A DNA stretch of 64,000 nucleotides from Eubacteriales bacterium (GTDB lineage Bacteria > Bacillota > Clostridia > Oscillospirales > CAG-272): positions 855 to 64,854 of the forward strand of contig JAZNXE010000008.1 in the NCBI GenBank assembly GCA_045593725.1, written 5' to 3'. The notes below the pieces were generated by a model. It searched no databases and was not told the DNA's origin. It saw only the letters and a program-made list of their open reading frames with translations. Positions 18,314 through 26,078 of this stretch are shown one piece after another (the stretch's first letter is position 1; every line of letters starts with the position of its first letter). The position numbers and the translations under genes were made by a program.

Positions 18314-20251
18314 TTAATTATCATCAACCTTAGCAATATCGCCGTCTGTGCAGTGTACAGTGTAGTCACCGGTGTCAGCGCTCCAGCCTTCGACCTTTTC
18401 AATAGACTTCCATTCTGCTTTTGTGCCTTCGAAGGTTATACTCGTAAGTCCTGTGCACTTGTGGAACGTCCCGATACTCTTAAGACTGTTGGGTATGCTT
18501 ATGTCGGTAAGTCCTGTACAATTGTAGAAAGCCCCATCTCCAATGCTCGTGACACCGTCAGGTACGGTTATACCCGTAAGCCCCGTGCACCAGTCAAACG
18601 CATCATCTGCAATGGTTTTAGTGCCCTCCTTTACCGTATATGCACCCGATATAGAAGTCTTTGCGTCTATTAGATGATTTCCTATATACAACACGCCATT
18701 ATCCCAATTGGATTGATTGTTATAGTATGCCGTATTGTATACCGCAGAACCGCCAATGCTCGTAACGCTGTCGGGTATGGTTATGCTCGTAAGTCCTGTG
18801 CAATAGTAGAACGCACTATCTCCAATGCTCGTGACGCTGTCGGGTATAGTTATACTCGTAAGCTTTGTGCAACCGTTAAAGGCATAATCTCCAATGTCCG
18901 TAACACTGTTGGGTATGCTTATATCCACAAGTGCTGTGCAATCACCAAACGCCGAATCTGCAATGTCCGTGATGCTGTCGGGTATGCTTATACCCGTAAG
19001 TCCTGTGCATTTTTTAAATGCACTATCTCCAATGCTCGTGACGCTGTCGGGTATGCTTATACCCGTAAGTCCTGTGCAATTGTAGAAGGCTAATAGAGCA
19101 ATAGTTTTAGTTCCATCCTTTACCGTATATGCACCCGATATAGAAGTCTTTGCCTCTATCAAATGCTTTCCTACATACAGCACTCTATTGTTCCAATTTG
19201 ACTCATTGTTATAGTATGCTGTATCGGAGAATGCCGCTTTTCCAATGCTCGTAACGCTGTCGGGTATAGTTATACCCGTAAGCTTTGTGCAACTCTTGAA
19301 CGTCTCTTCTCCAATACTCGTGAGCTTACTGTTTTCAGTAAATTCTATACCCGTTAGTCCAGTACACTCACGGAAGGCATAATCTCCTATGCCCGTAACA
19401 TTTTCGGGTATCGTTATACTCGTAAGACCCTTGCAGCAGGAGAAAGCATAATTTCCAATGCTCGTGAGCTTACTGTTCTTAGCAATCCTTACACTCGTTA
19501 ATCCTTTGCACCAGTAAAACGCACTATCTCCAATGCTTGTGACGCTTTTTGGTATGATTATACCTGTGATTTCCGTGAGGTTGCGGAAGGCTCCCCCAGC
19601 AATAGCTTTAGTTCCCTCTTTTACCGTATATGAACCCGATATAGAAGTTTTGGCATCTACCAAATGATTTCCTACATACAGCACACCCTTATCCCAGCTT
19701 GATTCACTGTTATAGTATGATGTATTGTAGAACGCACTATATCCAATACTCGTAATACTGTCGGGTATGGTTATACTCGCAAGTGCCGTGCAATTATAGA
19801 ACGCACAATCGCCAATGCTCGTGACACTGTCGGATATCGTTATACCCGTAAGGCTTGTGTTTTCGTAGAACGCACTATATCCAATCGCCGTAACAGGCAA
19901 ACTGTTATATTTGCCTATAACAATATCGGTTGCACTACAAGCTCCGATTCCCGTTACCGTATATCCTTTGCCGTCATCGTTCAATTCAAGCGCTAACCCC
20001 TCTGAGCATTCGGGAAGGCTTTCTATTGTCCACGAAGGAGCTTCAGGTTCTTCGTTTTCTTCTTCGTTCACCTCTCCATCGTTTTCCTCGTTTTCCTCAT
20101 CTTTGGGTTTGCTTTCCGAACTGCTGCTCTGGCTGTTGCTTGGGCTGGGGTCGGTAGTAGCACTCGTTTGCTCTATCTCAAAATAGTTACACGAAGTAAG
20201 CACGATTAAAAGCATAACTGCCACCAGAATGTTCGCTAAAATTCTTTTCAT
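18314..20251 (-). CDS. Large BspA-type LRR surface lipoprotein
   Basis: Lipobox LTSC after MKRILANILVAVMLLIVL. More than 15 copies of a 23-aa LRR (ITIPDSVTSIGDSAFYNCTGLTS). The start is moved to ATG 20251 (GGAGG 6 nt upstream). The track start at 20272 lies upstream of that RBS. Confidence 0.85.
   Translation of the reverse strand: MKRILANILVAVMLLIVLTSCNYFEIEQTSATTDPSPSNSQSSSSESKPKDEENEENDGEVNEEENEEPEAPSWTIESLPECSEGLALELNDDGKGYTVTGIGACSATDIVIGKYNSLPVTAIGYSAFYENTSLTGITISDSVTSIGDCAFYNCTALASITIPDSITSIGYSAFYNTSYYNSESSWDKGVLYVGNHLVDAKTSISGSYTVKEGTKAIAGGAFRNLTEITGIIIPKSVTSIGDSAFYWCKGLTSVRIAKNSKLTSIGNYAFSCCKGLTSITIPENVTGIGDYAFRECTGLTGIEFTENSKLTSIGEETFKSCTKLTGITIPDSVTSIGKAAFSDTAYYNNESNWNNRVLYVGKHLIEAKTSISGAYTVKDGTKTIALLAFYNCTGLTGISIPDSVTSIGDSAFKKCTGLTGISIPDSITDIADSAFGDCTALVDISIPNSVTDIGDYAFNGCTKLTSITIPDSVTSIGDSAFYYCTGLTSITIPDSVTSIGGSAVYNTAYYNNQSNWDNGVLYIGNHLIDAKTSISGAYTVKEGTKTIADDAFDWCTGLTGITVPDGVTSIGDGAFYNCTGLTDISIPNSLKSIGTFHKCTGLTSITFEGTKAEWKSIEKVEGWSADTGDYTVHCTDGDIAKVDDN
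18628..19153 (-). repeat. Long in-frame DNA repeats inside the LRR gene
   Basis: 37-nt perfect repeat at 18628-18664 and 19117-19153 (489 bp apart). 35-nt perfect repeat at 18813-18847 and 19020-19054. 34-nt perfect repeat at 18976-19009 and 19045-19078 (69 bp, one LRR unit). Confidence 0.9.
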
Positions 20252-20429
20252 TATATTCCTCCGAATATTCATTGACCTGCTGCTTTCATTTTATCACACA
20301 TCCTATTTATTGTCAAGTTTTTTGAAATTCTTAATAAAAATTCCTCAAAGCTATTGAAAAAAAGCTCATTTAGAGTTATACTATATAAGATTGAAAAATA
20401 TTTTACTTTTTAATTTTTGGAGGTCAATT

Positions 20430-22091
20430 ATGGCAGAAATTCTCAGAAAGCTCTCACGCTTTGACGGTGTGAACGGTCCCGTTCTCACTATCGTTATGGA
20501 CGGTGTAGGACTTGCTCCCGATACCAGCTCAAACGCGGTTGCAGGAGCTTATACTCCCACTCTTGACATGCTTATGTCCAAATACCCTCTTGTATCCCTC
20601 AAGGCTCACGGAACGGCGGTTGGTCTTCCCTCCGATGACGATATGGGCAACTCCGAGGTAGGTCACAACGCTCTGGGCGCAGGTCAGGTTTTCGCTCAGG
20701 GAGCAAAGCTTGTTTCCAACTCTATTGAAAGCGGAAAAATGTTCACATCCGACACATGGCAAGCTATCGTTACTAACGTAAAGGCTTCGGGCGGTGTTCT
20801 TCATTTCCTCGGTCTTTTCTCCGACGGAAACGTTCACTCGCACATCGACCACCTCAAGGCTATGATTGTAAGAGCTAAGGAAGAAGGCATCTCAAAGGTA
20901 AGAATACACATTCTCATTGACGGACGTGACGTTGGAGAGACCAGCGCACTTGACTATATTCTTCCCTTCGAGGAATTTATCGCAGCCCTCCGCTCCCCTG
21001 ACTTTGATATAAAGATAGCTTCGGGCGGCGGACGTATGAAGGTTACTATGGACCGTTACGAGGCTGACTGGTCTATGGTTGAGCGCGGCTGGGAAACTCA
21101 CGTTCTGGGCGAGGGCAGACAGTTCGCTTCCGCAGAGGAGGCTGTTACCACCTACCGCACCGAGCTTGGGGTTATCGACCAGGACCTTCCTCCCTTTGTT
21201 ATTGCTGAGAACGGTGCTCCCGTTGGAACTATAAACGACGGCGACAGCGTTATATTCTACAACTTCCGCGGCGACCGCTCTATTGAGATTTCCAAGGCGT
21301 TTGACGCTCCCGCGGGCGAATTCGACAAGTTCGACCGCAAGAGAGTTCCCACCGTTGTTTATGCAGGTATGCTTGAGTACGACGGCGACCTTCACATTCC
21401 CCACAGATACCTTGTTTCTCCCCCCGAGATTACCAACACCATGAGCGAGTATCTTGCTCTTACGGGCGTTAAGCAGTTGGCTATCTCCGAGACCCAGAAA
21501 TACGGTCACGTTACCTATTTCTGGAACGGAAACCGCTCGGGCAAATTCTCAGAGGAGCTTGAGACCTATATTGAGATTCCCTCTGACGTAGTTCCCTTTG
21601 AGCAGCGCCCTTGGATGAAGTGCGCCGAGATTACCGACAAGCTTATCGAGTGTCTTGAAAGCGGCGAGTACAGATACCTCCGCGTAAACTTCCCCAACGG
21701 AGATATGGTTGGTCACACAGGCTCTCTCCTTGCTACCAGATGCTCTATGGAGGCTCTTGACCTTCAGCTTGCAAGAATACTGAAGGCTCTTGATAAGCTG
21801 GGCGGTGTTGCCCTTATTACAGCCGACCACGGAAACGCTGACGAAATGTACGAGATGGACAAGAAGTCGGGACTTCCCAAGGCTGACAAGAGCGGCAACT
21901 ACAAGTCAAAGACCAGCCACACTCTCAACCCTGTTCCCTGCATCCTTTATAACAACGTATGCGCTGATGCTTACACCGTTAAGGAGGACAAGGGACAGTT
22001 CGGACTCTCAAACGTAGCGGCTACTATGGTAAATCTTATGGGCTACGAGGCTCCCGAAATGTGGGATGAAAGCATTATTGAGATAAAATAA
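20430..22091 (+). CDS. gpmI: 2,3-bisphosphoglycerate-independent phosphoglycerate mutase
   Basis: MAEILRKL.. start with GGAGG 6 nt upstream (the track start TTG 20391 is rejected). Motifs MDGVGL, GNSEVGHNALGAG, TADHGNA. Confidence 0.9.
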   Translation: MAEILRKLSRFDGVNGPVLTIVMDGVGLAPDTSSNAVAGAYTPTLDMLMSKYPLVSLKAHGTAVGLPSDDDMGNSEVGHNALGAGQVFAQGAKLVSNSIESGKMFTSDTWQAIVTNVKASGGVLHFLGLFSDGNVHSHIDHLKAMIVRAKEEGISKVRIHILIDGRDVGETSALDYILPFEEFIAALRSPDFDIKIASGGGRMKVTMDRYEADWSMVERGWETHVLGEGRQFASAEEAVTTYRTELGVIDQDLPPFVIAENGAPVGTINDGDSVIFYNFRGDRSIEISKAFDAPAGEFDKFDRKRVPTVVYAGMLEYDGDLHIPHRYLVSPPEITNTMSEYLALTGVKQLAISETQKYGHVTYFWNGNRSGKFSEELETYIEIPSDVVPFEQRPWMKCAEITDKLIECLESGEYRYLRVNFPNGDMVGHTGSLLATRCSMEALDLQLARILKALDKLGGVALITADHGNADEMYEMDKKSGLPKADKSGNYKSKTSHTLNPVPCILYNNVCADAYTVKEDKGQFGLSNVAATMVNLMGYEAPEMWDESIIEIK

Positions 22092-22104
22092 ACCAGAACC
22101 TATT

Positions 22105-22136
22105 AAAGGACCGAGAATTTCTCGGTCCTTTTTTTC
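22105..22136 (+). terminator. Rho-independent terminator of gpmI
   Basis: AAAGGACCGAG-AATTT-CTCGGTCCTTT followed by TTTTT. Confidence 0.85.
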
Positions 22137-22172
22137 ATATAATTTCATACCTTTATTTTTTGAGAGGTGGGT

Positions 22173-23738
22173 ATGGACAGACTAAAAAAATTCTACGTCA
22201 ACGGGATATTGATGACGGTAGTTACGCTTATAATAAGATACGTTTCGGTCAATTTCAACATCTATATATCCAACAAGATAGGCGCTGTATCCATGGGAAT
22301 ATTTACCCTTGTATCAAGCGTATATGGCTTCGCCCTTACTATCGCCACCTCGGGTATAAGCCTTGCCACCACCAAGCTCGTATCCGAGGCTATGGGAATA
22401 GGCTCACAAAGAAAGGATTACAACACAAAAAAAACCGTGCTTTCGGTGATGAAAAGAAGTCTTCTTTTTTCCCTATCCATAAGCTTTGCCACAGCCTTTT
22501 CTTTGTTCCTATCTGCTCCCTTTATAGGTAAGACCATACTTGGCGATGAACGCACGGTATCCTCATTACGCATACTTGCTTTTTCTCTCCCCGCTATTGC
22601 TTTATCCTCATCCTTAGGCGGATATTTCACAGCTCTTCGCAGGGTATATAAAAACGCCTGTGTTCAGATATTTTCTCAAGCCTTGCGGATATATTTGTGT
22701 GTAGTACTGCTAAGCTCTACGGTCGCTAAGGATATGGAAAGCGCCTGTGTTGCCATTGTGGTAGGAATAACAGTATCGGAGATAGGGGGATTTATTATCC
22801 ACCTTGTTATGTATCTTTTTGAAAAAAGGAGTAAGGAAAAGCCACAGAAATCCCTACCCGCGGACAAAAAGCTGGCGGGGCGGCTGATACCTATCACAGT
22901 TCCTGTGGCGCTCAGTGCTTATATGCGTTCCGCTCTCATAACGGTAGAGCATCTTCTTATCCCCTGGGGACTTGAGCGCAGCGGTACGTCACGGGATATT
23001 TCCCTTGCCGCATACGGCACTGTTCACAGCCTTGTATTTCCACTTATTCTATTTCCTTCGGCTATTTCCTCATCCTTCGCGGGGCTGTTAGTGCCCGAAA
23101 TATCCGAGTCGGACGCCGCCGAAGACAAGGAGCGTATTGAACGCATAATATCACGTGTTTTAAAAACCGTACTTATATATTCCGTGGGCGTAGCGGGAAT
23201 AATGATGTGTCTTTCGGGTGAGCTTGGCTCTGTTCTTTTAGAAAGCCAAGACTCGGCACTCTATATAGGTCTTATCGCCCCCTTAATACCTATAATGTAT
23301 CTTGATACCTCCGTGGATTCTATCCTCAAAGGCTTAGGATATCAATTTTATTCAATGATTATAAATATAGCGGATGCTTTTATGTCGGTTGTATTGGTGT
23401 GGATCTTACTGCCCCGCTTCGGTATAATGGGATATATTATGACCGTCTATTTCACTGAAATAGTAAACGCCACCCTGAGCATTACAAAGCTACTTATTGT
23501 GACTAAGACTAAGGTCAGGATATTCGATTGGATAGTTAAGCCTATCCTATGCATTATAGCCGCCACGGGAATTTTGAATTTCTTTATCGAGCACCTGTCT
23601 GTTTTCGCCACCACACGGGCAGCTTTGTTTATCCACATTTTTTTAATAGGTATAATATATTTAGCGCTTTTGGTTGTGGCGCGGGCTATCTCCCCCCAAA
23701 AAATAAAGACCTCCATAGTAAATTTCTTAAGGATATAA
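22173..23738 (+). CDS. MOP-superfamily oligosaccharide/polysaccharide flippase (SpoVB/MurJ-like)
   Basis: About 521 aa and about 14 TM. The N-terminus FYVNGILMTVVTLIIRYVSVNFNIYISNKIGAVSMGIF resembles SpoVB-type flippases. ATG 22173 has GAGAGG upstream. Confidence 0.75.
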   Translation: MDRLKKFYVNGILMTVVTLIIRYVSVNFNIYISNKIGAVSMGIFTLVSSVYGFALTIATSGISLATTKLVSEAMGIGSQRKDYNTKKTVLSVMKRSLLFSLSISFATAFSLFLSAPFIGKTILGDERTVSSLRILAFSLPAIALSSSLGGYFTALRRVYKNACVQIFSQALRIYLCVVLLSSTVAKDMESACVAIVVGITVSEIGGFIIHLVMYLFEKRSKEKPQKSLPADKKLAGRLIPITVPVALSAYMRSALITVEHLLIPWGLERSGTSRDISLAAYGTVHSLVFPLILFPSAISSSFAGLLVPEISESDAAEDKERIERIISRVLKTVLIYSVGVAGIMMCLSGELGSVLLESQDSALYIGLIAPLIPIMYLDTSVDSILKGLGYQFYSMIINIADAFMSVVLVWILLPRFGIMGYIMTVYFTEIVNATLSITKLLIVTKTKVRIFDWIVKPILCIIAATGILNFFIEHLSVFATTRAALFIHIFLIGIIYLALLVVARAISPQKIKTSIVNFLRI

Positions 23739-23916
23739 AAAGGTCCGTCATTAGAGCTATCCTCGAAAGGACAGTTTTCAAAAATATGGCATATCTCAAA
23801 AGAGGTATGCCGTATTTTTATTTGTGAGCACAAATGCAGTGCTTCGTATGTATTAACTAAAGACTATAACAAAATTACGGTTATTTTGCTATGCGAAAAG
23901 TCTGCACAAACCAAAG

Positions 23917-24037
23917 GCTCCCTTGTGTAAAGGGAGCTGTCGCAAAGCGACTGAGGGATTGTTTTGAGCGAAAATCTAACCTTTTACAATCCCTCCGTCA
24001 CGCTATCGCGTGCCACCTCCCTTTACACAAGGGAGGC
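23917..24037. repeat. Roughly 120-bp palindromic intergenic element (two inverted ~48-nt arms, each with its own hairpin); MITE/REP-like
   Basis: Arm 1 at 23917-23962: GGCTCCCTTGTGTAAAGGGAGCTGTCGCAAAGCGACTGAGGGATTGT. Arm 2 at 23986-24037 is its imperfect reverse complement. The spacer is 23 nt. Confidence 0.8.
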
Positions 24038-24253
24038 TTTTTTCTACCTCCCGGAAGGTAAGCAAAGAGCTTTTGAAATGTAAATGTCAAAAGTACCTTT
24101 GCGTTGCTTTTGGCAAAATCTTGTTGTCTTTAATTAAGTCAGTGCTTGTCAGGAAAATTGACAAGTCATAGATAAACATAAAAAGGCTCCTTATGTAAAG
24201 GGAAGCTCTTTTTACTTTCCGGAAGGTAATTGGATAAAATATCACTAAATATG

Positions 24254-24282
24254 TTTACAAACCGTGATAATTGTGATATAAT
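24254..24282 (+). promoter_or_regulatory. Near-consensus sigma-A promoter upstream of the lipoprotein gene
   Basis: TTTACA (24254-24259), 17-nt spacer, TGaTATAAT (24274-24282). Confidence 0.6.
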
Positions 24283-24466
24283 AAGCATGCCAAACAATCT
24301 TAATATCCATAGTTATAGGTTTTTTCTCGTTATGGGATAACTATAGCTTTTTTCGCTATACAATTAGGCAAACTCGTTTTGGTAAAAACGCTGCTCCTGC
24401 TTGATTGTATAGAAAACCTATGCTATGAAGAGATTGTTTGGCGACAATTGGAGTTAGCGTTTTTCG

Positions 24467-24500
24467 GTGCGGTAACTTCGGTTGCCGCACTTTTTATTTT
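24467..24500 (+). terminator. Strong intrinsic terminator inside the 5' leader, about 14 nt upstream of the lipoprotein RBS (candidate attenuator)
   Basis: GTGCGGTAAC-TTCG-GTTGCCGCAC followed by TTTTTATTTTATT. Confidence 0.75.
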
Positions 24501-24525
24501 ATTCTTATTTTTCGGAGGAAAAACC

Positions 24526-25848
24526 ATGAAAAAACTTTTAGCACTCATTTTAGCGGCACTTATGCTTTTTTCAATTACTGCCTGTACCACCACAAAAAAC
24601 AATTTAGGTAGTAACGGCGACAATACCCAAAATACTGTAAATAATCACGAAGGAGGAGATTCCAACATTCCCTCGAACAGCAACCCGTCCAATAGCGATG
24701 ATGCGGTTAAAATTGGAAAAATTGTTACCGGCTATCACGAAGGATTGATGTTTATAGAAAATACCACCAATATGGGAATGCATACCATTTCCTGTATAGA
24801 CAAGACGGGAAAAACTGTATTTTCCATCGAAGCTTCTTACATTATCAGCGGTTTTCATAATGGATTGGCATTCGTGATGCGAGATAAAGCTGTTTTGTGT
24901 GATAAAACGGGAAAAATTATTACCGCACAAGACCTTGGGGGTACGTCCTTTGACGCAGATAATCCTAAAATATTTGAAGATGGATATATTCTTGTAAATA
25001 AAACAACCACATCTTTCCAAGGTTCTGTTAACGAAATGGCTGTATTTAATAGTGACCTCGAGAAAATCGTTGATTTTTCGAGTGATCTATATAATTGGTA
25101 CAACAATGATTACCAATACAACGGAACTACATATTACAACGGATATTTGTTTGATAGAGATATTACAGGCGGTGTTTTGGATTTGAGAACAGGAGAAAGA
25201 TCACAAAACCTTGCGGTATGGGTTGAAAATATGGAGTTGAAAAATGAGACTGATTTTTGGTTAGCGGGAGAAAGATGGAATGGCACTTTTTCTACGCCAA
25301 ACGGCGAGATATATTTTATCTACGATAGAAGGGACTACCTTTCTTCAAGTGAATATCACCCTGTGATAACACCCGTCATCGACCTGAGCGAAGCAGGAGG
25401 ACGTATTCGTTCAAATAATCAAATAGGAACTGGCTTTGTTGATGGCTATGCCGCTTTGGTTTTTGAGGTAATGGATTCCGAGGTTGGTGAACGCCATTAT
25501 TTCACCATTTTAGATAAAGACGGAAATTATTGTTTTGAGCCTGTTGAGGTAGCCGGTACCATTGACGAAGTAAAAACCGAAAACGGTATTTTTGTGCTCT
25601 CAGTCGTTCCCCATAGCCGTAACGAATCCTCATATTATATTGAGGTTTACGACGTTTCAGGCAAAATCGGAGTCAAGGAATATCAAAAACCGGATACAAG
25701 CTTTTGGAGTATTGATTTTGATATCAGCGACAGCATAATTTTCATTCAATATGATGACTATAACACCTTGGGTAAAAAATGGATTGGCATTTATAAAACA
25801 GATATGCAACCGCTTTTCGACGTGGAAATTGTTACCGATTCACAATAA
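24526..25848 (+). CDS. Lipoprotein with WG/KWG-like beta-propeller-type repeats
   Basis: MKKLLALILAALMLFSITAC lipobox with GGAGGA 6 nt upstream (the track start TTG 24379 runs through the terminator and is rejected). Repeats have the form (Y/F)H(E/N)GL.F. ... DKTGK. Confidence 0.7.
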   Translation: MKKLLALILAALMLFSITACTTTKNNLGSNGDNTQNTVNNHEGGDSNIPSNSNPSNSDDAVKIGKIVTGYHEGLMFIENTTNMGMHTISCIDKTGKTVFSIEASYIISGFHNGLAFVMRDKAVLCDKTGKIITAQDLGGTSFDADNPKIFEDGYILVNKTTTSFQGSVNEMAVFNSDLEKIVDFSSDLYNWYNNDYQYNGTTYYNGYLFDRDITGGVLDLRTGERSQNLAVWVENMELKNETDFWLAGERWNGTFSTPNGEIYFIYDRRDYLSSSEYHPVITPVIDLSEAGGRIRSNNQIGTGFVDGYAALVFEVMDSEVGERHYFTILDKDGNYCFEPVEVAGTIDEVKTENGIFVLSVVPHSRNESSYYIEVYDVSGKIGVKEYQKPDTSFWSIDFDISDSIIFIQYDDYNTLGKKWIGIYKTDMQPLFDVEIVTDSQ

Positions 25849-25943
25849 CCCTCTAATTTCATAATTTGTCTTTCCACTGCCTTTTGCCCGCCTTTTTCCG
25901 AAAAGCTATTAACTGGGCTATGTGGTATGATAAATGAGTAAGA

Positions 25944-25984
25944 AAAGCGCAAGTAGACCGTTTTGGTCCAACTTGCGCTTTTAG
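25944..25984. terminator. Bidirectional terminator between the convergent lipoprotein and dxs genes
   Basis: AAAGCGCAAGT...ACTTGCGCTTT 11-bp stem with inner GACC/GGTC pairing, A-rich before and T-rich after. Confidence 0.75.
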
Positions 25985-26078
25985 TATTATTTATTTGAAA
26001 CTGTAATTAAGAGTACAACCCCTTTGACGGACTTTTTTATCTTTAGTTAAATCGAGTAAGAATACCTAAGTATTCTGA

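Noticed and set aside
18314-20251. Regularly spaced 34-37-nt perfect repeats that could superficially resemble a CRISPR array
   Set aside because: The repeats are in frame within a continuous 645-codon LRR ORF. The spacing is 69 bp, which equals one 23-aa protein repeat. The spacers are themselves homologous to each other. No cas genes are present.
20391-20429. N-terminal extensions proposed by the ORF track. Examples: gpmI 20391, nrdD 34094, trxB 36643, uxuA 42786, uxaC 44176, dnaJ 46509, lipoprotein 24379, carrier protein 53771.
   Set aside because: In each case an internal ATG or GTG has a properly spaced Shine-Dalgarno sequence and gives the family-typical N-terminus. The extension lacks an RBS, overlaps the RBS or terminator, or overlaps the upstream gene.
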